Source of the DNA: Myxococcales bacterium
GTDB lineage: Bacteria > Myxococcota_A > UBA9042
Assembly (NCBI GenBank): GCA_037441385.1
Contig: JBBISH010000036.1
Location: 1-49,192, forward strand
Reading direction: 5' to 3'
DNA: 49,192 bases
Below are positions 18,117 through 27,809 of the stretch, piece after piece (within the stretch, counting starts at the first letter, position 1; each line of letters opens with the position of its first letter). The translations under genes and the position numbers were made by a program. Under the pieces are notes generated by a model. That model made no database searches, was not told where the DNA came from, and saw only the letters and a program-made list of their open reading frames with translations.

Positions 18117-18940
18117 GCGCCCACCTCACGGTTCGCTGGCGCTGCGCTGGCTTGCAAGGGCCCCGTGCCGCTTACAAAGATGAAATTGCGGACAATCGGG
18201 TTGTCACTGGCGCGAAACTCTTGGGGCGAGCCGTGCTCGATGATCTGCCCCTGGTGCAGCATGGCAATCTTGTGCGCGATGCGAAAGGTGCTAGCCATGT
18301 CGTGCGAGATGACCACCGACGTCACCTGCAGTCTTGCCTGGGTTTCGGCAATCATATCATCGACTTGCTTTATCATCACTGGATCCAGACCGGTGGTCGG
18401 CTCGTCGTAGATCAGAATCTTGGGCCGCAGCACGGTCGCGCGCGCCAGAGCGACGCGCTTCTTCATGCCGCCCGACAGCTCGCCGGGAAATTTCTGAGCA
18501 GCGTGCTCCAGTTTCAGCGCAGTCAATGCCTGCATCACCGTGTCGTGCAGCTCGGGCTTGCGCAGCTTGTGATGCTCGCGCAGCGGAAACGCGACGTTGT
18601 CAAAGACCGACATCGAGTCAAATAACGCCGCGTTTTGAAACAACATTCCAAACGATCGCCGCACCTCCAGCAGCTCAGCGTCGGGCATCTGGAAAAGGTC
18701 GCGGCCAGCAAAGCGCACTTGACCGCGGTCCGGCCGCAGCAGCGCAACCAAGTGCTTGATAAGAACGCTCTTTCCCGAGCCAGACCCGCCAATGACGACC
18801 GTGATCTGCCCTTCTTCGATGTCCAGATTGACGCCGTTGAGGACGTGCTGATCGCCAAAAGACTTATGCAGATCCTCAACTTGCAGGATCGGCACCCGGG
18901 TTGGGGCAGAGTCTACGGCGCTGGACGCAAGGGCTGCCAT
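18113..18940 (-). CDS. mlaF: MlaF/Mkl-type ABC transporter ATP-binding protein
   Basis: GGSGSGKS, FQNAALFDSMSVFDNVAFPLRE, ELSGGMKKRVALARA, YDEPTTGLDP, SHD. Confidence 0.92.
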   Translation of the reverse strand: MAALASSAVDSAPTRVPILQVEDLHKSFGDQHVLNGVNLDIEEGQITVVIGGSGSGKSVLIKHLVALLRPDRGQVRFAGRDLFQMPDAELLEVRRSFGMLFQNAALFDSMSVFDNVAFPLREHHKLRKPELHDTVMQALTALKLEHAAQKFPGELSGGMKKRVALARATVLRPKILIYDEPTTGLDPVMIKQVDDMIAETQARLQVTSVVISHDMASTFRIAHKIAMLHQGQIIEHGSPQEFRASDNPIVRNFIFVSGTGPLQASAAPANREVGA

Positions 18941-18984
18941 GGCGGTGCGTGCCGGTTCCCCGCGGCAAAGCAAGCCGCGAAGCT

Positions 18985-19012
18985 AGCATACGCTGTGGCG
19001 GCCGGTCGCCAA
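18985..19012 (-). promoter_or_regulatory. Candidate promoter for mlaF-mlaD
   Basis: Minus strand TTGGCG, 16 nt, TATGCT. Confidence 0.3.
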
Positions 19013-19117
19013 GAATTCCGATCGATTTCGCGGGCAAGCAGGGCCGCGCCGCCTTGACAGCAACCGCTTGCTCCAAGCAGCATCCATGCGGGCAGCGCGT
19101 GCTGCCCCGTCTTGCCC

Positions 19118-20953
19118 ATGCCCAGCTCACCCTTCATGAAATTGCGCGCCATCGCCGGGGACCTTCAGGGTCAGCGGTATTCTATACGCAACGACGTGGT
19201 GTTGGGGCGGGCGACGGCTTGCACCATTTTCGTGCCCGACCGCCGCGTGTCGCGCGAGCACGCCCGCGTCTACATGCTGGGCGACCAGTTGATGGTCGAC
19301 GACCTGGGTAGCCACAACGGGACCTTCGTCAACGAGCAGAAAGTACAGCAGACGCGGCTGCTGCCGGGCGATCGCCTGCGCGTAGGTTCCACGGTGTTCT
19401 TGGTCGAAGGCCCGGGGAACAGCGAAAACTCGGCGGTGGTGCGCGTGGTCAGCGACGTCCACCCCGTCGAGCCGCGCATGGTGCGGCAGTTCGAGGCCAG
19501 CTCGGGTCCGCTGAACATGGCCGGCCTGGCGGCCGAGAGCCTGTACACGGCGCTAGGTGTGGGCAACACCGCCGACATACCCGATATCCTGCGCAAGACC
19601 AAGCACTTTGCCGTCTTGGTCGAGGCCAGTCGCTCGCTGCAAAACTACAGCGACTTGAATGCGACGCTGCCTGGCTTGCTCGACTTGGTCATGCAGGTCT
19701 TGGCGGCCGACCGGATGTCGCTGGTGTTGTTGGATGACCAGCAGGTCCTCATCCCCAAAGTGGTTCGCGAAAAGCCAGGCAAGCGACCGGCGTCGGCGCC
19801 GGCGGTGCAGGACGAGGTGGCGCTGGACGAGGTGGCGCTGGACGAGGTGGTGCTGAGCAAGACCGTGGCCGACATGGTCCTGAAGCAGCGCTGCGCGGTG
19901 ATCACGGCCGACGCCTCGGCGGATTCGCGGTTCGTGGGCTCCGAGTCGGTCATGATCAGCCACGTCCGATCGCTGGCCGTGGTGCCCGTGCTGGTCGGCA
20001 ATCGGCTGCTGGGCCTGATCGATGCGGAAAATCGTCAGAGTGTCAACGCGTTCGACGAGTCGGACCTGCACCTGTTGTCTGTGTTGGGCTCGATGATCGG
20101 CGTGGCTCTGGATCACTTTGCCGTGTCGACGGCGCGCGAGCAGGCCATCGCTGAACTGCGGGCGGCGCAAGCTCAATTGCTTGCCACCCAAGAGCGGCTC
20201 GTCGCGGCCGAGCGCATGGGCGTGCTGGGTCGGCTGGCCAGCGGCATTGCCCACGAGGTCAAGAACCACTTGGGCCCGTTCATGCTGGCCGACATGATTG
20301 CCAGCAAGTACCCGAATGACGAGGCAATTCAGGATGCCGCTCAGTTGATGCTAGAGGCGCAGCAGCGCATCTTCGACTTGGTCGACGAACTGCGCGAGTT
20401 TGCCGGGGGTGTCCGCAGCCACGCCGTCATCCAACCCAGCAACCTGGTGGCCGTGGTCCGCGGCGTGGTGCGTTTCGTCAGCTGCGACCGCAGCGTCAAT
20501 GCGCACGAGATCCAAGTGCGGGTGCTGGCCGAGCCGGTCGTGCCCATGGACACGGGCCGAATTCGTCAAGTTCTCATCAACTTGATTCGCAACGCGGCCG
20601 AGGCATCGCAGGCCAACAGCGCCCCCATCGTCATCACGATCGAGGGCGACGACGAAGTGGCGGTGGTCAGCGTCCAAGACAGCGGCACGGGCATCCCGTC
20701 CGAGGTGCAAGAGCGTATCTTTGAACCGTTCTTTACCACCAAGGGCGATCGCGGCCTGGGCCTGGGTCTAGACCTGTCGCGGCAAATCGTCCGCGCCCAC
20801 GGCGGATCCCTCACGTTTGCCACGCAAGCCGGCGTGGGCACGACCTTTGCCATGGCACTGCCGCTCGCGCCGCAAGTCCAGAAAGACGGCAGCGACTTCA
20901 ACGACCACATGACCGACACCACCAATCGCTCGATCCCCGGCAATCTGCCGTAG
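19118..20953 (+). CDS. Cytoplasmic FHA-GAF-histidine kinase
   Basis: FHA motifs LGR, VSREHA, SHNGTFVN; GAF (RSLAVVPV..GLIDAEN..FDESDLHLL); H-box GIAHEVKN; N/G boxes NLIRNA, DSGTGI, FEPFFTTK, GLGLGL. Confidence 0.92.
   Translation: MPSSPFMKLRAIAGDLQGQRYSIRNDVVLGRATACTIFVPDRRVSREHARVYMLGDQLMVDDLGSHNGTFVNEQKVQQTRLLPGDRLRVGSTVFLVEGPGNSENSAVVRVVSDVHPVEPRMVRQFEASSGPLNMAGLAAESLYTALGVGNTADIPDILRKTKHFAVLVEASRSLQNYSDLNATLPGLLDLVMQVLAADRMSLVLLDDQQVLIPKVVREKPGKRPASAPAVQDEVALDEVALDEVVLSKTVADMVLKQRCAVITADASADSRFVGSESVMISHVRSLAVVPVLVGNRLLGLIDAENRQSVNAFDESDLHLLSVLGSMIGVALDHFAVSTAREQAIAELRAAQAQLLATQERLVAAERMGVLGRLASGIAHEVKNHLGPFMLADMIASKYPNDEAIQDAAQLMLEAQQRIFDLVDELREFAGGVRSHAVIQPSNLVAVVRGVVRFVSCDRSVNAHEIQVRVLAEPVVPMDTGRIRQVLINLIRNAAEASQANSAPIVITIEGDDEVAVVSVQDSGTGIPSEVQERIFEPFFTTKGDRGLGLGLDLSRQIVRAHGGSLTFATQAGVGTTFAMALPLAPQVQKDGSDFNDHMTDTTNRSIPGNLP
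19811..19855 (+). repeat. 15-bp in-frame tandem repeat x3 (DEVAL DEVAL DEVVL)
   Basis: gacgaggtggcgctg twice, then gacgaggtggtgctg. Confidence 0.9.
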
Positions 20954-21028
20954 CTTGGTGAACTGTTGCCGACACGCCAATCCACGTCGGGTTCTCACGG
21001 CGACCGCAGAGTCGGCGCCCCCGTGCAC

Positions 21029-21928
21029 ATGCGCCGAGTAGCGGTGGTACGCAAAGTCAGCGCGGTCGAACAGCAATTGCGCCGTTCAGACGCCAAGCTG
21101 GCCCACGCCATCGCCGTCGGTGATCCGCTGTCGGAGCGGGTGATTTTGGCGCACCGCGAACACGTGGCCAGCGCCGCGACGGTCGAGGCCGTGCTGAGCC
21201 AGCGCCGCATCGATTTCCGGGTCGTCGAGCGGCTGACCCCGCGCCTGGCCGCCTGGGCCGATTTGGTGGTCACGGTGGGCGGCGACGGCACCTTCTTGCG
21301 CGCCTCGCACGTCCTCACCGGCCACGGGCCCGGCGATGGGCCGCCAATGCTGGGCGTCAACAGCGCAACCAGTTCATCCGTCGGCTATTTTTGCGCTTCG
21401 ACCGCCGCCACCTTCAGCGAGGTCTTGGATCGCATCTGCGACGGCAGCGTATGCAGCAGCGGACTATGGCGCATGGAGGTAGCGATCAACGGCACCCCCC
21501 TGCCCGTGTTGGTCTTGAACGACGTCCTCTTGGCCCACAGCGTGCCGGCCGAAACGTCGCGCTACGTGCTCGAAGTCGGCGGCCGCCGCCAGGACCAAAA
21601 GAGCAGCGGCATCTGGGTGTCGACCGCGGCCGGCTCAACGGGGGCAATGCGGGCAGCAGGCGGCAAAGTCCAGCCGCTGGCCGGGCGCGAACTGCAGTTC
21701 CGCGTGCGCGAGCCCATGGCCTGGACGTTTTCGGGCGAACTCCTGCTCGAAGGGTTGTTCGCAGACGCCCTGGTGGTCACGTCGCGTATGCTCGCTGGCG
21801 AGATCTATTTGGACGGCGGGCACTTGCGGCGTCCGTTTGGCTTTGGCGACCAAATCCGCTTTGCGCCCAGCGCGCGGCCCATGCCGTGGATTGCCCCGGT
21901 CGACGTCGAAACCCGCCGCCATACGTAG
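21029..21928 (+). CDS. nadK: NAD(+)/NADH kinase
   Basis: VTVGGDGTFL, VLND, QKSSGIWVSTAAGSTG; start may be further upstream (TTG at 20966). Confidence 0.85.
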   Translation: MRRVAVVRKVSAVEQQLRRSDAKLAHAIAVGDPLSERVILAHREHVASAATVEAVLSQRRIDFRVVERLTPRLAAWADLVVTVGGDGTFLRASHVLTGHGPGDGPPMLGVNSATSSSVGYFCASTAATFSEVLDRICDGSVCSSGLWRMEVAINGTPLPVLVLNDVLLAHSVPAETSRYVLEVGGRRQDQKSSGIWVSTAAGSTGAMRAAGGKVQPLAGRELQFRVREPMAWTFSGELLLEGLFADALVVTSRMLAGEIYLDGGHLRRPFGFGDQIRFAPSARPMPWIAPVDVETRRHT

Positions 21929-21941
21929 AGAACGGAGCAAT

Positions 21942-22137
21942 CTCGGGCACCGATCAGAGACCCAGTCCGGGGGGCAAGCGTCGCGACGGGCCGCGGCTGT
22001 GCCTGGTTCGTTGGGCCCGCTTGCGACCCACTGATACGAACCCCGTCTGATTCACGCCTGTACGGCTTCTCTGACCCGGTCTGCAACCTGCGAGAATCAG
22101 GCGGGGGCCCCGGTTCGGGCCCGAAGAATTGCCCGAG
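21942..22137. ncRNA. Candidate structured RNA of unknown family
   Basis: Terminal inverted repeat CTCGGGCA (21942-49) / TGCCCGAG (22130-37); CCGGGG..GC / GCCCCGG inner arm; hairpin GGTTCGT-TGGG...CCCA...ACGAACC; 17-bp stem 22041-57 / 22090-106 with one G-U pair and one mismatch. Confidence 0.4.
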
Positions 22138-22236
22138 TTTTCGATCCGATTCGGACGGAACTGGTATGAGCATCAACGAGTTTTCGTCAGCGAGTGGTTT
22201 CGTTGCTTTGAACCTCGGAGATTTGTGATTGGTGTT

Positions 22237-23094
22237 CTAGCCCTGGCCGCCGGCGTCGGTTTGGGCCGCCAACTGCGCCCACGGCCCCGGCGTGCGGCGA
22301 GCCAGGCTGTGCTGCCGCAGGCCCACGATGGCCAGGCCAGGCTGCCGCGAGTGCCCCAGCGGACATTCGTCTTGCCACAGCGCCGCCACCGCTCCTTGCT
22401 TGGTGCCGGTCACCGTGGGCCGCTCGCCGCGTTGCCAAGCATTGGCCAGATCGGCAGCCTGCTCGCCCGAAAGGCGCGCAACTTCGCGACGCACCTGATA
22501 GCGCCCACAGTTCTGGCAGCGCGGCTGCTGGGCCAGATGCCGCAACGACCGCCAAACCACCAACAAGATTCCAGCGGTACGCGCCCCCAGCCACGCCGCT
22601 CGGACCGGCAGCGTCGCGGGCAGCACGCGCAAATTGCCGCCGCCGCGTTGGATGATGATCCCCGGTTTGCCGCGCGCGAGCCAAGCCCCCAGCGTGCCGC
22701 CATGCCCGGTCTCGGCCTTCAGGCTGGCTTCGACCAGCTCTTGCGCAGTGTCGACGCCAGCCACCGCCAGGTCTTGTACTTCCAGCTCGGGGCTCGCCGC
22801 AACCCACTCGGCCTGCTCGCGGGCGAACGCTTGCGCCGCCGTCCACTCAAACGCCGCCACCTCGACCAAGGTCACCAGCAGCGCCATGGCCAGGGTGGCG
22901 CGCCCCGGAGCCAGTTGCAGCAGATGCAGCCACGCGACCGTCGCCGTGCCCAAGGCCAGCGCCGCAGCCACGTCGTACATGCCGATGAGATCGAGGTGCC
23001 GCGACGCCAAGCCCAGCGCGATTCCGGTGCCAAGTGCCAAGATCGTGGATGCAGCCGCGGCCGCTAACCACCTAAAGATTGTTGGAGTTTTCAC
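22237..23094 (-). CDS. Hypothetical multi-pass membrane protein with C-terminal Zn-ribbon-like motif
   Basis: 3-4 hydrophobic segments; RCQNCG...ECPLGH. Confidence 0.6.
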   Translation of the reverse strand: MKTPTIFRWLAAAAASTILALGTGIALGLASRHLDLIGMYDVAAALALGTATVAWLHLLQLAPGRATLAMALLVTLVEVAAFEWTAAQAFAREQAEWVAASPELEVQDLAVAGVDTAQELVEASLKAETGHGGTLGAWLARGKPGIIIQRGGGNLRVLPATLPVRAAWLGARTAGILLVVWRSLRHLAQQPRCQNCGRYQVRREVARLSGEQAADLANAWQRGERPTVTGTKQGAVAALWQDECPLGHSRQPGLAIVGLRQHSLARRTPGPWAQLAAQTDAGGQG

Positions 23095-23106
23095 GAGGAT
23101 CGGCGG

Positions 23107-24255
23107 CTAATCCGGGGGATACAGCTTGGCGCACGCCAGCGTCAACTCAACAAAGTCCACGACCTTGTCGGGGTTGGACGGCACCTGCCAGCAGGTCACG
23201 GCGCAGCGGCCATCGTGGATGCGGATGTCGATCGGGTCGAATAGGCGCGCCTGGAAGCCCAAGTCGCCAGCCAGCAACTCTTCGGCCGAAGCGCCCTTGG
23301 ACAGGCGCAGCTTGTAGCCCTCTGGCAGGCGCGGGTCGTGCACTTCCGGGGCGTCCAGGTCGGGCAGGTCCAGGCCGGTCGGCGGCGCCAGCGGCCCAAA
23401 GCGCACGATGGTATGGGGGTGCACGCCCGAGAGGACGATCACGCGCAGGTAGCGATCGTCTTGACCGGCCTCGGGTGGACTGGCCTCGATCTTGAGCGCG
23501 TAGCCCTTGTAAGTGCCGTTGACTTCGGTCGATTGCGGGCTCTGCACCACAGCAAGGCTCAGCTTCTGGCCAGCCTGCGCCACCGAGTCCAGGCGACGGC
23601 GGGTCGAACGATAGGCCACCAGCACGCCAATCCCCACGACGATGGCGCCTACGAGCACCAGCGCGGTGCCCACCGGGTCGATCGACTCGTCGCCCGTGAA
23701 ATTCTGCATGCAGTTGTCGACGTCTTCGGCCCGCTTGGTGCCGCGCGCCTTGATGATGCAGCGCTGCACGGTCTTGCCGGGGCGCTTGAGGTAGTCGGCC
23801 TTCTTGGCGTCGAACACCTTCTTGCGCGCCATCTGCCAGTTGTCGATGAAGCCCTGCTCTTTCTTGAGCGGCGCGGCGTCGTCGTACAGACGGTCGGCGT
23901 CCAGGCCCTGACGAATCGCCTGCTCTTTCTTCTTCTTCTGGTACTGAACCAGCACCGCCTCTTCTTCCAAATTGGCACGCAGTTCAGCCAGCTCGGTCGA
24001 CTCGGGCTCAGTGGCAAGGTGGATTTCGGTGCAGCCGTGCAACATGGGCGCGGCCAGGGCCAGCAAAATGGCGACCTTGCTCACGGGGCCCCAGTAGCTC
24101 CGCCCCGCGCGCGCCGCCGGACCAGGCGCCGGTGCGGGCAGCAACTGAACAGCAGAGTCGCCAGCGGTGTCGCTTCCTACCCCGTCGCTCGGTGGGCAGG
24201 ACCGAGTGCTCGATGGGCAGGTCCGAGAGTGGAGCAGGCTTGAGTGCCGATGCAT
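23107..24255 (-). CDS. Hypothetical membrane protein (possible lipoprotein with an internal TM helix)
   Basis: Protein-like composition from ~24084; ATG at 24255 has a GGAGG RBS; the alternative GTG at 24084 gives a signal peptide with an LHGC lipobox; TM GTALVLVGAIVVGIGVLVAY. Confidence 0.65.
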   Translation of the reverse strand: MHRHSSLLHSRTCPSSTRSCPPSDGVGSDTAGDSAVQLLPAPAPGPAARAGRSYWGPVSKVAILLALAAPMLHGCTEIHLATEPESTELAELRANLEEEAVLVQYQKKKKEQAIRQGLDADRLYDDAAPLKKEQGFIDNWQMARKKVFDAKKADYLKRPGKTVQRCIIKARGTKRAEDVDNCMQNFTGDESIDPVGTALVLVGAIVVGIGVLVAYRSTRRRLDSVAQAGQKLSLAVVQSPQSTEVNGTYKGYALKIEASPPEAGQDDRYLRVIVLSGVHPHTIVRFGPLAPPTGLDLPDLDAPEVHDPRLPEGYKLRLSKGASAEELLAGDLGFQARLFDPIDIRIHDGRCAVTCWQVPSNPDKVVDFVELTLACAKLYPPD

Positions 24256-24546
24256 GATGTGGTCCTCCCGAAAACCGATGCGACGCAGTGCGCGTCCCCG
24301 GCCGCAAGTTGGCGATGGCGACATTAGCACGTGCGCCGCAGCGTGGCAAACATTTGGCCACAAAGGTGGTTGCGCCCGCCTGGCGAGCGTCGCTTGTGGG
24401 GCGCTGGGGCGCGATGGCGGATCCGTTCGAATCGGGTCGGAAGACCCGGCAATTCCTCCGGCCGGATTCGGTGTCCCGGTCTGATTCTCGCCGGTTGCAG
24501 AGCAGGCCGGCCGAGCCGACCAGGCGCGAATCAGGTTGGGGTACGC

Positions 24547-26367
24547 ATGAATCCTCCACACATCTTGGCGCGTCGGAGCGAAGGGGTGTGGCCAATCGCC
24601 GCGCTCCTGGGCATAGTGGTGTCGATGAGTGCGGTCCGCGGGACAATTGGTCGGCACAGCCAGGGAATCCGTCCCAGGATTTGGCGTGGCTTGGCCGCGC
24701 AAGTGGCGGTGGCGATTGGCTTGGCCGCGGCCTTGAGCCAGCCGGCCCGCGCGGCCCGCGTACATGTCCGTGCGCGCAGCCACCTGCAACTGCAAGCCGT
24801 GGCCCGACCAAGCGGCGCGCAAATCCGCGGAAACCTGCGCGACCAGCGCGGTGACCCCATCGGCGGAGCCGCCGTGGCGGTGCATACTGTAGACGGCGAG
24901 GGACGCGGCGCCCCGCGGTCGCAACTCGCGGTCACAGCGGTCGATGGCAGCTTTGCCGTGTCGGTGCCCTCGCCGAGTGGCGACGGAGCTGCCCAGTCGA
25001 TCCACGCTGAGGCGACGTACGCCGGCGACGCCAGCCACGGCGAGGCCCAAGCCGAACTGATGGCCGACCTGGGCAAGGCGGCCGCCCAGGTGAAGGTCAC
25101 ACTGGCAAGCACTCGCTGGAATAGGGCCGGACCGGCGTGGTCGGTGACGGCAAACGCGACGTCGGACGGCGAGGTCCTGCCGGCGGTGCCGCTCGCTCTA
25201 CGGATCGACGGCAAGCAAGTACTTGAAATGCGGACGGACTCCACGGGTACTGCTCAGGCCAGCCTGGCGGTGGGCAGCGTGGGCGGCCTGGGCAATCACG
25301 TCGCCACCGTAGAGCTGGCGCCCACGGACCGCCTGAACGGTGCCCTAGACGAAGTGCGGTTTTCGCTGGTGGACGCCGTGGATGTCCAAATCCAGGTGCA
25401 GCCGGGTCGCGAAGGCCAGGCCTGTGGCAGTGACGACTGGTGCTTGTCCGGCACCGCCCGCCGTCAAGGCGAGGCCCGGCCGCACGGCACAGCCGCCGTA
25501 ACCATCTATGCGGACAAGCAGATCATTGGGACGCTGGTCACCGACGAACAGGGCCGCTTTGCGGCCGTGTTGCGCAGCGAGGCACTAGAGCGCTATGCGC
25601 GCGCCGGCAAGGTCGAGATCGCCGCCCAAGTGGCCGGCGGCCGCCCGTTTGTCGACGACGGCTGGAGCCCGGTGCTGTCTCTTGCGCTTCCCCAGGGCCC
25701 GGCGTGGCGCGAGTGGCTGGCGGCAGGCGCAGTGGGGCTGCTGCTGCTGGGCGCAGGGCTACGGGCGCTGTGGCGGCAGCGGCAGGCGCGGTTGCTCCGC
25801 CGCGAGCTAGAGGACAGTGCGGCGGGTCTGCACGGCGACGCCATCGTGTTCGGGCAGCAAAGCGCGCAGCCGTCATTCCGGCTGAGCGGCAGCGTGCGCC
25901 ACGGCGAGACCGGCCGATGGATGGGCGCAGAAATCTGGCTGGAGCGCGGCGACCTGCGCGTGGACGTGCCGTGCCCCCAGGGCCAGTTCGCGCTGGACGC
26001 CTTGGCCGAAGGAGATTGGACGCTGCGCGTGCGTGCCGCGGACCACGAATTGCTCAGCGCCGAACTCCAGATGCCGCATGACGGCCGCTACGAGGGTTGC
26101 ACGCTGCAGCCGACCAGTTGCCGGGCGGTCGTACGCGGTTCGCTGGCCGAGGCGGTGCGCAAAGCCAGCGGGCGCGGCGTGGATTGGGGCCGCGAGACTC
26201 CGCGCCAGGTCGAGCCGCGCTGGGCCCGCTATCTGCGACGGGGTCACTTGGAAGTCCGCGAGGCGGTGCGGGTGTCCGAGCGAGCGCTGTATGGCCAGCG
26301 CACCGACGAGCAGCTGGTGGTGGACGTCAAGGACGCCCTGGGCCGGGTGGAGGAGGCTCAAAAATGA
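24547..26367 (+). CDS. Exported Ig-like / carboxypeptidase-regulatory-like domain membrane protein
   Basis: Signal ending PARA; GNLRDQRGDPIGGAAV, TDSTG/TDEQG repeats; TM near residue ~390; first gene of the MoxR cluster; start uncertain. Confidence 0.7.
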   Translation: MNPPHILARRSEGVWPIAALLGIVVSMSAVRGTIGRHSQGIRPRIWRGLAAQVAVAIGLAAALSQPARAARVHVRARSHLQLQAVARPSGAQIRGNLRDQRGDPIGGAAVAVHTVDGEGRGAPRSQLAVTAVDGSFAVSVPSPSGDGAAQSIHAEATYAGDASHGEAQAELMADLGKAAAQVKVTLASTRWNRAGPAWSVTANATSDGEVLPAVPLALRIDGKQVLEMRTDSTGTAQASLAVGSVGGLGNHVATVELAPTDRLNGALDEVRFSLVDAVDVQIQVQPGREGQACGSDDWCLSGTARRQGEARPHGTAAVTIYADKQIIGTLVTDEQGRFAAVLRSEALERYARAGKVEIAAQVAGGRPFVDDGWSPVLSLALPQGPAWREWLAAGAVGLLLLGAGLRALWRQRQARLLRRELEDSAAGLHGDAIVFGQQSAQPSFRLSGSVRHGETGRWMGAEIWLERGDLRVDVPCPQGQFALDALAEGDWTLRVRAADHELLSAELQMPHDGRYEGCTLQPTSCRAVVRGSLAEAVRKASGRGVDWGRETPRQVEPRWARYLRRGHLEVREAVRVSERALYGQRTDEQLVVDVKDALGRVEEAQK

Positions 26368-27809
26368 GGCCCCACCCACGGTTGCGCGCTTGCCGCGTTG
26401 GGGTCTGCGCCCTGATGCTGCTGGCCCATCTGCTGGCTTGGCCGGCATGGGCGGGGCGCGACTTCGATCCGCAGTCTGCGGACTGGAATGGCTTGGCAAC
26501 GCTTTTGGCCACCGCGGCCCGGATCGAGGTCCAGGTGAGCCCGGTCCGCGAGCTAGACTGGTCTACCGTGTCCGAACGCGAGGTTCTGCTGGTCGTTGGC
26601 CCGCTCGCGGGACTCGTGGATCCCACGCCCATGCTCGCCTTCTTGAGTGCCGGTGGGCGTCTGATCTTGGCGGACGACTTCCGCGCCGGTGCGAGCTGGG
26701 CGGAGCCACTGGGGATCGAGCTGTTGCCGCAACCGGGGCGCGCGCCACAGACCTTTGACGGCAACCCCGCGTTCCCGGCCGTGCGCGTCCAGGCCGATCC
26801 AGAGGCCTTGCGCAAGGTGGCGAACTGGCGCCTGCCGCGGGCGCGCCTGACGCCGCCCGAATTCTTGGCCCACAACTTGAACAAGCCGGTCGTGCTGAAC
26901 CACCCGGCAACGCTGCGGATCAAAGACGGCGCCAACGCGGTCTTGTGGGGCAGCTACGGCCCAAGCGAGCTGGGCTGGCTGGCCGAGGCTGAGTACGAAA
27001 CGGGCCGCGCCCTGGTGGTGGCCGACTCGAGCCTGCTGCTGAATCAAATGCTGACGCGGGTCTACGAGAACCGGCAGTTTGCCGCGAACCTGCTGCGCTA
27101 CTACTGCGTCGTGGATCGGCCGTGCAAGGTGCGGCTGTTGGCCAATGTGGCCAGTGTCCGCGGTCAGTTCGTGCCTACGGCGGCGCCGCCACCGCCAAGC
27201 TGGCGCGCTGGCTTGGATCTGCTGCAAAAGGGGCTGAAGGTGCTCGCCGATTTGCTGCGCGGACCACTGGTAGCGCCGGGCTTGGTGGTGGCGCTGGTCG
27301 GGCTTTTGGCGATGCTCGTCTTGCGGCGCTCGCGCCTGTTGGGGCCCGAACTGCCACCGCGCGAGTCCCCGTGGCGGCGGTCGACGACGCTGGCCGAAAA
27401 CGTGGGGGCGTGGTTGGCCGATGGTGGCGCCGACTATCGCAAGCCTGCGCGGTTGCTGGCGGGCCAGTTGACGCGGTGGCTACAACGGGCTGACGCTGCT
27501 GTCGCGACGCCCAGTGCGGCCGGCGGTCTGGCTGCGCGTCGCGACGCGGGCCGCCACCCCACCCCACGTCGGCGCAGCGGCAATGTGGTCGACGACCTGG
27601 TGCAAGGCGGCCAATTTTCACCGCAAGCTGGCGAGCGCATGCGCCAGGTGCTGAGCGACATCACCCGCGCCACCAGCGAACAAGCCCCGGTGCTGACGCG
27701 CAGGCAGTTTGGCCAACTCGCCGCCGAGGTCGAGTGGGCCGAGACGCTGCTGCGGCACACCACTGCCGCGGGCGCGGGCAAGCCAAGGCTGCCACAAGGA
27801 GAATCATGA
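26364..27809 (+). CDS. DUF4350-like domain membrane protein
   Basis: ATG at 26364 overlaps the upstream stop; [45 protein letters not shown]. Confidence 0.7.
   Translation: MRPHPRLRACRVGVCALMLLAHLLAWPAWAGRDFDPQSADWNGLATLLATAARIEVQVSPVRELDWSTVSEREVLLVVGPLAGLVDPTPMLAFLSAGGRLILADDFRAGASWAEPLGIELLPQPGRAPQTFDGNPAFPAVRVQADPEALRKVANWRLPRARLTPPEFLAHNLNKPVVLNHPATLRIKDGANAVLWGSYGPSELGWLAEAEYETGRALVVADSSLLLNQMLTRVYENRQFAANLLRYYCVVDRPCKVRLLANVASVRGQFVPTAAPPPPSWRAGLDLLQKGLKVLADLLRGPLVAPGLVVALVGLLAMLVLRRSRLLGPELPPRESPWRRSTTLAENVGAWLADGGADYRKPARLLAGQLTRWLQRADAAVATPSAAGGLAARRDAGRHPTPRRRSGNVVDDLVQGGQFSPQAGERMRQVLSDITRATSEQAPVLTRRQFGQLAAEVEWAETLLRHTTAAGAGKPRLPQGES

Noticed and set aside
21942..22137. Firm call as 6S RNA, SRP RNA, group II intron D5 or a functional retron
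   Set aside because: It lacks the 6S central bubble, the SRP GGAA tetraloop motif and proper D5 pairing, and no RT gene is nearby; kept only as an unassigned candidate.
24256..25050. N-terminal 265 aa of the 647-aa ORF 23107..25050
   Set aside because: Low-complexity shadow translation overlapping the divergent plus-strand gene; the RBS supports a start at 24255 or later.
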